A stretch of 64,000 bases of DNA from Anaerolineae bacterium (lineage in GTDB: Bacteria > Chloroflexota > Anaerolineae > Promineifilales > Promineifilaceae): assembly GCA_019637635.1 (NCBI GenBank), contig JAHBVI010000004.1, positions 6,497 to 70,496 on the forward strand, written 5' to 3'. Made by a program: the position numbers and the translations under genes. Positions within the stretch are counted from its first letter, which is position 1; the number at the start of each line of letters is the position of its first letter. The notes beneath the pieces were generated by a model that was not told the origin of the DNA, searched no databases, and was given only the letters and a program-made list of their open reading frames with translations. Shown here piece after piece: positions 29,901 to 38,556 of the stretch.

Positions 29901-32607
29901 TCAGGGCCAGCACATCGTTTTTGTCTTTAAATACATCGTTGGCAAAACCGCGCAGGGCGCGTTTGGGGCCAACTTCCACAAAGGTGCGCACACCAAAGTC
30001 ATAGAGCGTGTGCAGCCCTTTCACCCATTGCACGGTGGCGGCCACCTGTTGTTGCAGGTTGTCTTTGATGGCATTTACCGTTGTCGGGTAAAAATCACCC
30101 GTCACATTGGTCACAATGGGTAAGGTGGGCGGGGCGATGTGCAGCCGATCCAGCACCCGGCGCAGCGGCGCGCTGGCAGGGGCAATGATGCTGGTGTGGA
30201 AGGCGTGGCTGACGGGGATGATCATCGCCTGAAAGCCCGCTTCCTGGAAAAGGGTCACGGCCGTTTCCACCGCCGCACTCGCTCCGCCAATCACACATTG
30301 GCTGCTGCTGTTGATATTGGCCGGAATGACGTAACCGTCCACCTGCTTCAAGGTGGCCTCGATTACGTCATACGGGGCCAGGACGGCGGCCATCTTGCCG
30401 TTGTCGTCCAGCTTCAAATGAGCCATCTCGCCGCCCCGTGCCGCCGCCGCTTCCAGCGCATCGGCAAAGGGCATAATGCCGGCCACAATCAGCGCCGCAT
30501 ACTCACCCAATGAATGACCCATCACCACATCCGGGCTGAAACCAAACGATTCCAACAGCCGGTACATGGCAATGTCCATTGTCAGCATCGCCGGTTGGGT
30601 GATTTCCGTTTGCATCAGGTCAAAGGTGGCTTTGTTCACGGCGGCGTTATCGTTCGGGTCAACAAAAATGTAATCGGTCAGCGGTTGGCCCAAAATCGGC
30701 TTCATCACCGCATCCGCTTCGTCAAAAACGGCCTGCACTTCTGGATAGAGCGCGGCCAGTTCGCGGCCCATGTTCACATACTGGCTGCCCTGGCCGGGGA
30801 ACATGAAGGCAATCTTGCCTTCCGGTTTGCCTGCACCACGATAAATGCCCTGCGCCTCCATCGCTTTCCACGCCGGCGGCGAGTCAGAGACCATCACCTT
30901 CTGCGCCTTTTGCAGCCGATCCAGCAGTTCCACCTGATCGCCAAAATCAATAAACAGCCGCTCATTAGCGGCAATAACCATCGGTTCGGGCAGTTCTCGC
31001 GGCGGCGTCCAACCCGTCTCCACCCGACTGAGATATTGGTCTAGTTTCTCCTTCAATTCCTGCGGCGTCGCCGCACCAATGGCGGCAATGCCGCGTGGGG
31101 GAGATTGGAGATTGGAGATGGGAGATGGGGTTGAATCTCCAATCTCTACTCTCTGATCTCTCTTCTCCACCGCAAACACCTTCTTCGGCTGCGTCAGTTC
31201 ACCAGGGCGGTGTTCTTCCAACACCAGATGGAAATTGGTACCACCAAAGCCATAGGCGCTGACGCCGGCGCGGCGGGGTGTGCCGTTGGGTGGTTCCCAG
31301 GCACGGCCGTCGTGCAGCAAATAAAACGGCGTCTGGCTGAAATCCACATAGGAATTAGGCGGGTTAGCATTCAGCGTCGGCGGCAGGATTTTGTGGTGCA
31401 AGGCCATCACGGTTTTGAACATGCCGGCTGCGCCCGCGCCGGCCTTCAGGTGGCCGATGTTGCTCTTGACCGACCCCAGGCCGATGCTGTTTGGCCTGGC
31501 ATAACCAAATACGGCTGCCAGACTCTCCACTTCGGCCACGTCCCCCACCGGGGTGCTGGTGCCGTGCGCTTCCACCAGGGTGGCTGTGGCCGGGTCCAGT
31601 CCCGCCGCTTCCCAGGCGCGCTGCATGGCTAACTGCTGCCCGATGGGGTTGGGCGCGGTGATGCCCTTACCTTTGCCGTCACTGGCCCCGCCCACACCAC
31701 GAATGACGGCGTAAATTTTGTCGCCGTCCCGTTCTGCGTCTTCCAGCCGTTTCAGCAGGAAGAGGGCCGCCCCTTCACCCATGACAAAACCATCGGCGCC
31801 ATCACCAAACGGCCGTGTGCCCGTCGCACTCAACGCCCCAATTTTGCAGAACTTCACAAACGGCCCAATGCCCATATTGCGGTCTACGCCGCCGGTGATC
31901 ACCGCGTCTACCTTGTGTTCAAAAAGCAGTTCCAGCGCCGCTTCCACGGCGGCAAAGCTGGAGGCACAGGCGGCGTCGGTGATGAAGTTGGGGCCGCGCA
32001 AATTGAGCATGTTGGCGATACGGCCGCTGACGATGTTGGGCAGTTCGCCGGGCATGGAGTCTTCGGAAATGGGTGGGTACTGCTCGTCAATGTGGTCATG
32101 CCAGCCGGCCAGGATGGCCTGGCGGGTGGGCGTGGGCAGGGCGGCAAATTCGGACACGGCCGTCAGCGCCCGCGCATAGTTGGGGAAGACGATCCGTTCG
32201 TTGGTGGTGTAGTGCAGTTCCCCGCCCATAGCCGTGCCGATGATAGTGGCGGTGCGTTCGGTGTCTAACGGCCGTACCGGATGCCCATAATCGGCCAGCA
32301 CGTCGGCGGCAATGGTCAGCGCCCACTGCTGCCCCTCGTCCATGGCCGCCGCCACTTTGGGCGGCATCCGAAAACGCTTCCAATCAAACTGAAAGCCCCG
32401 CACCCAGCCGCCAATTTTGGTGTATGTCTTGTCTGGCGCTTTAGGGTCGGGGTCGTAATAATCGGCAATAGACCACCGCTCCGGCGGCGTTTCCGTGATG
32501 CTGTATCGTTTGTTGAGGATGTTTTGCCAGAATGTGGCTGCGTTCAGCGCCTCCGGCATAATGGCCCCCACCCCCACAATGGCAATGGCTCGTTCACTTG
32601 AGTCCAT
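26971..32607 (-). CDS. type I FAS/PKS megasynthase: KS - AT(malonyl) - KS(2, with insertion) - ACP-like - ACP-like
   Basis: KS1: DAACASS / EAHGTST / [11 protein letters not shown]: FPGQGSQ, GHSLGEY, HAFH. KS2: NAACASTT / SHETYT / TGHPMG. Two carrier domains with [11 protein letters not shown]. Start set to ATG 32607 (MDSSER) with GGAGG 6 nt upstream. Confidence 0.85.
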   Translation of the reverse strand: MDSSERAIAIVGVGAIMPEALNAATFWQNILNKRYSITETPPERWSIADYYDPDPKAPDKTYTKIGGWVRGFQFDWKRFRMPPKVAAAMDEGQQWALTIAADVLADYGHPVRPLDTERTATIIGTAMGGELHYTTNERIVFPNYARALTAVSEFAALPTPTRQAILAGWHDHIDEQYPPISEDSMPGELPNIVSGRIANMLNLRGPNFITDAACASSFAAVEAALELLFEHKVDAVITGGVDRNMGIGPFVKFCKIGALSATGTRPFGDGADGFVMGEGAALFLLKRLEDAERDGDKIYAVIRGVGGASDGKGKGITAPNPIGQQLAMQRAWEAAGLDPATATLVEAHGTSTPVGDVAEVESLAAVFGYARPNSIGLGSVKSNIGHLKAGAGAAGMFKTVMALHHKILPPTLNANPPNSYVDFSQTPFYLLHDGRAWEPPNGTPRRAGVSAYGFGGTNFHLVLEEHRPGELTQPKKVFAVEKRDQRVEIGDSTPSPISNLQSPPRGIAAIGAATPQELKEKLDQYLSRVETGWTPPRELPEPMVIAANERLFIDFGDQVELLDRLQKAQKVMVSDSPPAWKAMEAQGIYRGAGKPEGKIAFMFPGQGSQYVNMGRELAALYPEVQAVFDEADAVMKPILGQPLTDYIFVDPNDNAAVNKATFDLMQTEITQPAMLTMDIAMYRLLESFGFSPDVVMGHSLGEYAALIVAGIMPFADALEAAAARGGEMAHLKLDDNGKMAAVLAPYDVIEATLKQVDGYVIPANINSSSQCVIGGASAAVETAVTLFQEAGFQAMIIPVSHAFHTSIIAPASAPLRRVLDRLHIAPPTLPIVTNVTGDFYPTTVNAIKDNLQQQVAATVQWVKGLHTLYDFGVRTFVEVGPKRALRGFANDVFKDKNDVLALMTNHPKPGELPAFNQALCALYAAGYVTEIGDRRLEIKTGTLTLTSVNQMEEPVMKVTNGMATAVAPETTGQPMNAFQSPNLPISNLQSPISAQPYNRAHPPLGSVVISGTGLGLPGAEKAVMAPDNAWRILQGEQFVDLIPERFRRKMVGKRITRLIKDENGGGSFAPIDNSDDVIKLAGRPGTFDLAAEYGVPQKLVDSLDVTTQLAFAAGLDALREAGIPLVMTYKNTSNGSYLPQRWMLPESLRDETGVIFASAFPGGDRFVEDFERFYVYQNRVEQLEMLDQLRRTCTDNQTLLEITRRINDLRETLAREAYVFDRRFIFRILSMGHSQFAEYIGARGPNTQVNAACASTTQAIGIAEDWIRNGRCRRVLVIAADDVTGDHLLEWIGAGFLALGAAATDDRVEEAALPFDKRRHGTILGMGACALVVESEDAVQERGMRGIVELLSSETRNSAFHGSRLDVDHIAQVMNDLMTVAEYRFGLNRYTIAPQLVFMSHETYTPARGGSASAEVVALRQTFGEAAKEIVVANTKGFTGHPMGVGVEDVIALKILEHGIVPPVPNYKEVDPDLGELNLSRGGRYPVQYALHLAAGFGSQISLTLTRRIPGALDRVDSKPRYQQWLDAISGYDYAELEVEKRNLRIVARGAPGKRPCPSTWQYGTEPVMRTRGGNPYAVIRDPFTVAREPYAVPSPMPASVQVQPRPVNNQPTAVTPQPAPVKVEAVPANGGAQKVDSERRTQRPQAVSSEQVAPLISQSPNLPISTLQSPISDPVADKILAIVAEQTGYPTDMLEMDLDLEADLGVDTVKQAETFLAIRTEFNIPRRDDLSLRDYNTLAKVVEFVREMRPDLVKSERQTQRPQAVSSEQVAPPISQSPNLQSPISDPIADKVLAIVAEQTGYPTDMLEMDLDLEADLGVDTVKQAETFLAIRQEFDIPRRDDLSLRDYNTLAKVVGFVREMRPDLVVVVEQPSDLKA
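27251..27287. repeat. GAGATTG heptamer array in the inter-ACP linker (coding)
   Basis: gagattg x3 then ggagattg agagattg. The sense strand encodes ..[11 protein letters not shown].. Confidence 0.9.
27589..27641. repeat. GAGATTG heptamer array in the pre-ACP1 linker (coding)
   Basis: ggagattggagattggagagtagagattgggagattgggagattgagagatta. Encodes ..[18 protein letters not shown].. Confidence 0.9.
27827..27889. repeat. nine-unit NNNACGG heptamer array inside the megasynthase coding sequence
   Basis: ggtacgg catacgg ctcacgg gctacgg taaacgg atcacgg attacgg catacgg attaccg. Encodes [21 protein letters not shown]. Confidence 0.85.
29630..29674. repeat. GAGATTG heptamer array in the AT-KS2 linker (coding)
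   Basis: gagattg x4 plus ggagattg x2. Encodes ..[18 protein letters not shown].. Confidence 0.9.
29793..29820. repeat. opposite-orientation (CAATCTC-type) array 120 nt from the 29630 array, also coding
   Basis: taatctc taatctc cgatctc caatctc. Encodes ..[10 protein letters not shown].. Could pair with 29630-29674 in the mRNA. Confidence 0.85.
31101..31168. repeat. inverted heptamer arrays (hairpin) in the KS1-AT linker (coding)
   Basis: gagattg gagattg gagatgg gagatgg ggttg aatctcc aatctct actctct gatctct cttctcc. Encodes ..[24 protein letters not shown].. Confidence 0.9.
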
Positions 32608-32625
32608 GAGATACCTCCGCAAAAA

Positions 32626-32698
32626 GGAGATCGGAGATTAGAGATTGGAGATTGGCGTTCGCTGGACGACCAATCTCTAATCTTCAATCTCTAATCTC
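32626..32698. repeat. inverted heptamer arrays at the ACAD/megasynthase junction
   Basis: ggagatc ggagatt agagatt ggagatt gg - 14-nt loop - ccaatct ctaatct tcaatct ctaatctc. Overlaps the ACAD stop codon. Confidence 0.9.
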
Positions 32699-34349
32699 AA
32701 CGAAATGCTTTATTCAACTGCTCTGCCGCAAAATCCATATCCCCCACCAGCCCCTCCTGCACGGCATAAATGCCGGGCAGGTCGAGGGATTGGGCTAATG
32801 CCGGATCAGTCTGCCCCGCGCCGATGGCCCAGCGCAATCCTTCGGTGGCAACTTTGAGGGCGGCGTCACGGCCGTGAATCCGGCTGAGCGCCTGCCGGGT
32901 GGGTACGTCCAGGTGGATGGCTTCGGTGGGTTTGTCGGCTACCCGTTCGGCGAAGATGGCGGCCGTTTCCGCGTAGGCGATGAGTTCACCCAGGCGGAAC
33001 AGCACATGCTGGCTGCGCGTCAGCCGATCCAGGCGACAGCGTTCCAAAATAACGGCCAACGCCCGCATGGCCAGGGCCGCATAATTGGCCCCATTCTCCG
33101 GCTGCTCCTGGTGGATGAGCGAGAGGCGGTTGGCCCACTCCTTGTAATAATCGCCGCGTGATTTCAGATGCAACTGCCAGCGGTCGCGGGCAATCGTCCA
33201 CTCCATAATCTCCGACGTGCCTTCGTAAATGGTGGTGATGCGCACATCGCGCTTGATTTTTTCCACCAGATACTCTTTGGTGTAACCGTATCCGCCGTGG
33301 GCCTGGATAGCATCTTCGGCCGCTTTGTTGCCTGCTTCGGTAGCCATGTATTTGGCCACCGCCCCTTCCGTTTGCAGCCCTTCTTCGCCGCTGTCCAGCC
33401 GTTCGGCCACCCATTCAATGTAGCTGCGGGCCGCTTCCAGCCGGGCGGCGTTGGGCACAATCAGCTTGTGGGTGTAGCCTTGTTTCTGGCTGAGGGGTGC
33501 GCCGCCCTGGATGCGCTCTTGTGAATAGCGAATGGCGCGTTTGAGGGCCTCCCAGCCCGCGCCCAGCCCAAACGCGCCCACCATGAGACGGGTGTAGCCA
33601 AAAACGGCCTGCGCCTGGGCCAATCCCTGCCCTTCTTGCAGACCCACCAGCCGGTCGGCGGGCACGTAGACGTTATCGAGGAAGAGAGCGGCCGTGTTGC
33701 TGGCGCGGATGCCATGTTTGTCTTCCGGTTTGCCGCGTGTGAACCCTTCGCTGTCCCGGTCTACGATGAACCAGCTTGGCCCACCGGGGGCCAGCGCCAG
33801 GATGGTGTACAGATCGGCCACACCGCCGTTGCTGATCCACTGTTTCTGCCCGGAGATGCGGTAGCCGGTGACGACGCCATTTTCAATAACAGGTTCGGCT
33901 TTGGTGGTCATGGCGGCTAAATCGGAACCGGCCTGCGGTTCGGTAGCGCCATAGGCCATGAGCAGTGCTTCTTCAGCGATACGGCCGTACCAAACCTTCT
34001 TCTGCTCTTCTGTCGCCCCCACACTGATAGGGTCGGAGCCGAGAAAGGTAGCCAGGACGCCGGTAGCCACACCCAGGTCAATGGCGGCCATCAATTCGGC
34101 CACGCGGTAAATGTCATACGCGCCGCCGCCCAGCCCATCATATGCTTCGGGGATGAAGAGCAGGTGCAGCCCCAGAGACATGGGGTCATACAGTTCTTGC
34201 AAAACTTCGTGGGGGAATTCGTCGTTGTGGTCTAGTTTGAGTAGATAATCGGGGGTGAGTTTTTTGTCAGCATACTTTTTCAGGGTGTCCAGGATCATGT
34301 CGCGGGTTTCTTTGTCCAGGCCGACGGCCGTTTCTTCCATCTTTAACAT
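32697..34349 (-). CDS. acyl-CoA/acyl-ACP dehydrogenase-family flavoprotein with an approximately 150-aa C-terminal extension
   Basis: ACAD motifs ([34 protein letters not shown]). 550 aa versus about 380-400 for canonical ACADs. Confidence 0.8.
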   Translation of the reverse strand: MLKMEETAVGLDKETRDMILDTLKKYADKKLTPDYLLKLDHNDEFPHEVLQELYDPMSLGLHLLFIPEAYDGLGGGAYDIYRVAELMAAIDLGVATGVLATFLGSDPISVGATEEQKKVWYGRIAEEALLMAYGATEPQAGSDLAAMTTKAEPVIENGVVTGYRISGQKQWISNGGVADLYTILALAPGGPSWFIVDRDSEGFTRGKPEDKHGIRASNTAALFLDNVYVPADRLVGLQEGQGLAQAQAVFGYTRLMVGAFGLGAGWEALKRAIRYSQERIQGGAPLSQKQGYTHKLIVPNAARLEAARSYIEWVAERLDSGEEGLQTEGAVAKYMATEAGNKAAEDAIQAHGGYGYTKEYLVEKIKRDVRITTIYEGTSEIMEWTIARDRWQLHLKSRGDYYKEWANRLSLIHQEQPENGANYAALAMRALAVILERCRLDRLTRSQHVLFRLGELIAYAETAAIFAERVADKPTEAIHLDVPTRQALSRIHGRDAALKVATEGLRWAIGAGQTDPALAQSLDLPGIYAVQEGLVGDMDFAAEQLNKAFR

Positions 34350-34371
34350 CGCTCTCTCCTCTTTATCAGGG

Positions 34372-34440
34372 AGCAGTCAGTAGTCAACAGTAAACAGTAA
34401 GCCGTGCGATCACTGCTTACTGTTCACTGCCCACTGCTCA
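34372..34440. repeat. inverted heptamer arrays (NNACAGT x4 / ACTGNNN x4) just upstream of the ACAD start
   Basis: gagcagt cagtagt caacagt aaacagt - spacer - actgctt actgttc actgccc actgctc. Confidence 0.85.
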
Positions 34441-34472
34441 CTTTTCAAACATGCGGATCAGGGTGCTTTGAT

Positions 34473-34488
34473 TGTGGAATAATTCACA
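34473..34488. promoter_or_regulatory. CRP/FNR-type palindrome TGTGG-N6-TCACA
   Basis: tgtggaataattcaca read directly, one mismatch to TGTGA-N6-TCACA. About 125 nt upstream of the ACAD start, in the low-GC 34446-34757 divergent intergenic region. Confidence 0.3.
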
Positions 34489-34757
34489 ATATCCGATGGT
34501 ATTGTAGGCCAAATGGGGGGGAGACCAGAGTGACAAGTGTCATATGATACATAGGCGAAAAGCATAATGCAGTGTGTCATTAGCACAACACCCCAACAAA
34601 CAGGGGATATTTACAAGCTGTTAGAAAGTTTGTAACCTATAGCCAGTATTATGCAGCTGTATCTGATTCAACACAGTAAATCAATTGCATAGCTCACTCA
34701 GATTTCTGTATTGGCACTAATTCGTAAAGTTATTCAACAAGTGGAGGAAGTATTGAA

Positions 34758-35825
34758 ATGGCTAAAATGACAACTGCTTTAGTTTCCCGTTTTGTGTCCC
34801 CCCAGGTCAGGCAAAAACCCCTCGTCAGTTTGATTGTGCCTACGCTCAATGAAGAGCGCAATCTCCCCCAACTTTTTGCTTCAATCCCTGACATGGTGGA
34901 TGAGGTGGTGTTGGTTGACGGCCGTTCCACCGACCGCACCGTGGCATTGGCCAAAGAATTACGCCCAGACATCGTCGTTGTCCACCAGAAAGGCAAAGGC
35001 AAGGGCAACGCGCTGCGCCAGGGTTTTGAAGCCGCCAGCGGCGAGATCATCGTGATGATAGACGCCGATGGCTCTACCAACCCCGCCGAAATCCCCAACT
35101 TTGTGGGCGCTTTGTTAGCCGGCGCCGATTTTGCCAAAGGCTCTCGTTTCATGCAGGGTGGTGGCACATCCGACATGGAACCGCATCGGTATCTGGGCAA
35201 TCAGTTTTTTGTCTGGACGGTGCGCCTCCTGTTTGGTGGCAAATATACCGACCTTTGCTATGGCTACAACGCTTTCTGGACCTGGACACTGCCGCTGTTA
35301 AACCTCAATGGCGATGGTTTTGAAATCGAGACGATGATGAACGTGCGGGCGCTGCAAGCCGGCCTGCGTGTGGCCGAAGTGCCCAGCTTTGAAAACCGGC
35401 GTTTTATGGGCCTTTCTAACTTGAATGCTTTTCGGGATGGATTCCGCGTTTTGGGCACCATTTTTAAGGAATGGCTCAATAATCCCGGTCTGCGCGCCGT
35501 GAAAAAACATGAAAATTCGGTCGCCCAGGAAACCTTTGAAGAAGCCTTCCACGCCCTGCTGGAAGATACAAACGAATTTGTGAAAATGAGCCACCAGTTG
35601 CCCAATGACCGGTTAAAGCATTTGGCTGCCAAACTGCTCGTTCGCTTCGACGCCCTCATGTCCACCGAGATGAACTGCGCCGTCTGCCACGAACTGCAAA
35701 CGCGCTATGCCGAACATTACCGGGACATTTACGCCAACTACTTGCTCTCGTATATCCAGAAGGACAAGGGTGGGGCGGCGCCACTCCCTCAGCCCGTTTT
35801 CCAAACGGCGCCTTTGTCCCGCTAA
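34758..35825 (+). CDS. GT2-family glycosyltransferase (dolichol/polyprenol-phosphate hexosyltransferase-like) with C-terminal extension
   Basis: VSLIVPTLNEE..., DGRSTDRT, and DADG (DxD) motifs typical of DPM1/GtrB-like GT2. Confidence 0.75.
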   Translation: MAKMTTALVSRFVSPQVRQKPLVSLIVPTLNEERNLPQLFASIPDMVDEVVLVDGRSTDRTVALAKELRPDIVVVHQKGKGKGNALRQGFEAASGEIIVMIDADGSTNPAEIPNFVGALLAGADFAKGSRFMQGGGTSDMEPHRYLGNQFFVWTVRLLFGGKYTDLCYGYNAFWTWTLPLLNLNGDGFEIETMMNVRALQAGLRVAEVPSFENRRFMGLSNLNAFRDGFRVLGTIFKEWLNNPGLRAVKKHENSVAQETFEEAFHALLEDTNEFVKMSHQLPNDRLKHLAAKLLVRFDALMSTEMNCAVCHELQTRYAEHYRDIYANYLLSYIQKDKGGAAPLPQPVFQTAPLSR

Positions 35826-35869
35826 CCAATACTTCTGCCTCAGAATCAGGAATTGAATAATTTGTATAC

Positions 35870-35917
35870 GATGGGAGATTAGAGATTGGCAATTCGCCCA
35901 GGCTCTAATCTCCCATC
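35870..35917. terminator. hairpin built from GAGATT-type units after the GT2 gene
   Basis: gatgggagattagag - 18-nt loop - ctctaatctcccatc. Perfect 15-bp stem, 45 nt after the stop codon. Confidence 0.5.
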
Positions 35918-35956
35918 CTGGCTACAACCATTATTTGATTCATCTCTTCACTTCCA

Positions 35957-37519
35957 TTGATGATGAATAATAGAAACCTTCCGGCAAATGCCTATCAAAT
36001 TTTGCTTATTGAAGACGACGTAAGCGCCTCCCGATTAATTTCGGCGATGTTGGAACGAGGGGGGTACACCGCCCTTATCGCCAATTCGGGCAATGAGGGC
36101 ATCACCTTAGCTCACCAAAAGCGGCCTGATTTAATTTTGTGCGACGTGATGATGCCCGACATCACCGGGCTGGACGTCTTGCGCGCCCTGCAGAAACAAT
36201 CTGACACGGCCACAATTCCCTTTATTTTCCTGACGGCCCTGGCCAGACAGGAAGATATGCGGGTGGGCATGGAATTGGGGGCAGACGATTACCTGACCAA
36301 ACCGATACATACAGACGTACTGCTCAATGCGGTTGGCAGCCGCCTTAAACGGCACCAGCAATTGCAGACGGACCGGTTAGCCCATTTTACACAGCGGCTG
36401 GTGCTGTCACAGGAACACCAGCAGCAGCAGATGGCTTCTATGCTGGATGACAAGCTCAACCAATCGCTGCGCAGCCTGCAATTTGTCTTGAACATGTTGG
36501 CAGCGCCCGCACACGAAGACGCTTCTTTGTACAACGGGGCAAAGGAGATGTTGGGGGAATTAATTCTACAAGTGGAGGGGATGGCCCAGGAAATGCATCC
36601 GACGATTCTGGCGCGCCTGGGGTTAGCGCCAACGCTCCGTTGGCTCTCCGAACAATACGAGTTGGCCATTGAACTGGATATGCCGTCAGTGGCTTACCAG
36701 TTTGAGCCGAGGGTGAAGGTGTGTGTATTTCGCCTGGTGCAAGAAGCACTAAACAATATCCAACGTCACGCCCAAACGGATCATGCTAAAATTTCGCTGA
36801 ATTACGTAGCGCCGTACCTGGAGGTACGCATTGAAGATAAAGGGACGGGGTTTGACCTGGAGCGCACCTTACAATCAAGCCAGAGCATGGGTTTGCAATA
36901 TATGCATGGATTGGTGGCCTGGGTGAATGGCGAACTGCATGTCACATCCGGGCCAGATGAGGGCACGGCCGTTTATGCGCTGCTGCCTCAAGCCAATGCC
37001 GTGCCCATCAACACCTCGCCCGTTTCACCGGATTTGCTGCGCCTGGCCGGCCGTACCCGACCAATAGAACCAACGGAAGACACGGCCGTAACCGTCAAGA
37101 TATTACTGGCTATTGAACAACCCTTACAGTTACAGGGGATGTACAAGTTATTGGCGCGCAATCCCCACTTTGAGGTAGTCGGCGAAATTCAGGATTTGAC
37201 CCAGGTTGCGGACGCCATAGACACATACCAACCACAGTTGCTTATCATCAATCCGCTCACCGAGGGCAAAAGCCAGGCAGAGGTATTACAATCCATCATC
37301 GCCGTGCGTCCGGGCACGGCCGTGTTGGTCATCAGCACCGCCACCCATGAAGAATATGTACGCGCCGCTTTTGAGAGTGGTGTGCTTGGCTATATCCCCA
37401 ACACGGCCACCATTACCGATTTGCACACCGCCATCATGCGCGTCGCCCGCAATCAATACTACGTCAGCCCTGGCCTGTCATTTGATCTGGCGCAGTGGCA
37501 AGAAGCACAGGCAGTCTGA
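35957..37519 (+). CDS. hybrid REC - HisKA_3/HATPase_c histidine kinase - C-terminal pseudo-receiver
   Basis: N-terminal REC (LLIEDD, LILCDVMMPD, FLTA, DDYLTKP). His box QEMHPTILARLGL, N box EALNNIQRHA, G box DKGTGF. C-terminal NarL-like REC fold with Asn at the phospho-acceptor position (LLIINP). Confidence 0.7.
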   Translation: MMMNNRNLPANAYQILLIEDDVSASRLISAMLERGGYTALIANSGNEGITLAHQKRPDLILCDVMMPDITGLDVLRALQKQSDTATIPFIFLTALARQEDMRVGMELGADDYLTKPIHTDVLLNAVGSRLKRHQQLQTDRLAHFTQRLVLSQEHQQQQMASMLDDKLNQSLRSLQFVLNMLAAPAHEDASLYNGAKEMLGELILQVEGMAQEMHPTILARLGLAPTLRWLSEQYELAIELDMPSVAYQFEPRVKVCVFRLVQEALNNIQRHAQTDHAKISLNYVAPYLEVRIEDKGTGFDLERTLQSSQSMGLQYMHGLVAWVNGELHVTSGPDEGTAVYALLPQANAVPINTSPVSPDLLRLAGRTRPIEPTEDTAVTVKILLAIEQPLQLQGMYKLLARNPHFEVVGEIQDLTQVADAIDTYQPQLLIINPLTEGKSQAEVLQSIIAVRPGTAVLVISTATHEEYVRAAFESGVLGYIPNTATITDLHTAIMRVARNQYYVSPGLSFDLAQWQEAQAV

Positions 37520-37536
37520 CGCCAACCCGAGGTTCC

Positions 37537-38469
37537 ATGAATTTTTCTGTGATTATTTGCGCCCATACGGAGGAGCGCTGGCAAGATTTAATCGAAGCGG
37601 TGGCTTCGGTAGCCAACCAGACCATACCCCCCCACCAAATTGTCGTTGCTATTGACCATAACCCGGCCATGTTGGCCCGCGCCCGCGCCCAATTTCCAGA
37701 AGCAACGGTGGTAGAAAATGTGCAAGAACGCGGCCTGAATGGCACGCGCAACAGCGGCGTGGCTGCCACCACCGGCGAGATTGTGGCTTTTCTGGATGAT
37801 GATGCCATTGCCGCCCCCGATTGGTTGGAACAGCTACAGGCGGCGTATACGGCCGTACACATCGTCGGTGCGGGTGGCAAAATCAATCCCCTGTGGCTCA
37901 ACGGCCGTCCCCGCTGGTTCCCCGAAGAATTCAATTGGGTCGTGGGCTGCACCTATCGTGGCCTGCCGGAACAAACCGCCCCGGTACGCAACCTGATCGG
38001 CTGCAACATGTCCTATCGCCGCGCCGTGATCGAGCAAATGGGCGGCTTTCGCAACGGCATTGGGCACGTAGGCGGCCGGCCACAGGGTGACGACGAGACC
38101 GAATTTTGCATCCGGCTGCGCCAGGCCATGCCCCAGGCCACCCTGCTCTACCAACCCCAGGCGCAGGTATCTCACAAAGTACCCGCCGGTCGCGCCAATT
38201 TTGGTTATTACCGCTGGCGTTGTTACCTGGAAGGGCGCTCCAAAGCACTGCTCTCCCGCCTGGTGGGGGCCAATGACGGCCTGTCTACCGAGCGCACCTA
38301 TACGCTCAAAGTATTGCCCAGCGGCATGTGGCACGGCCTGACAGACAGCGCCCGCCACCGTAACCTGGCCGGTATTGGCCGGGCCGCGGCCATTGCCGCC
38401 GGTCTATTTATCACCACCTTCGGCTATGGGTTGGGGCGTCTGACCCTCGTTGGCAAACGGGTTGAGTAG
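37537..38469 (+). CDS. GT2-family glycosyltransferase
   Basis: MNFSVIICAHTEERW.., FLDDDA (DxD). Start moved to ATG 37537; the listed upstream extension overlaps the kinase gene. Confidence 0.75.
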   Translation: MNFSVIICAHTEERWQDLIEAVASVANQTIPPHQIVVAIDHNPAMLARARAQFPEATVVENVQERGLNGTRNSGVAATTGEIVAFLDDDAIAAPDWLEQLQAAYTAVHIVGAGGKINPLWLNGRPRWFPEEFNWVVGCTYRGLPEQTAPVRNLIGCNMSYRRAVIEQMGGFRNGIGHVGGRPQGDDETEFCIRLRQAMPQATLLYQPQAQVSHKVPAGRANFGYYRWRCYLEGRSKALLSRLVGANDGLSTERTYTLKVLPSGMWHGLTDSARHRNLAGIGRAAAIAAGLFITTFGYGLGRLTLVGKRVE

Positions 38470-38499
38470 CCAGGAGGCCTGGCTTACGGTATAAACAAC

Positions 38500-38533
38500 A
38501 GACCCTAAGGGTTTTCTGAAACCCTTAGGGTCT
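38500..38533. terminator. perfect 15-bp stem / 4-nt loop hairpin
   Basis: agaccctaagggttt tctg aaacccttagggtct, 31 nt after the GT2 stop. No clear T-tract. Confidence 0.5.
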
Positions 38534-38556
38534 ATGGGTATTTTAGGATTGATTTC

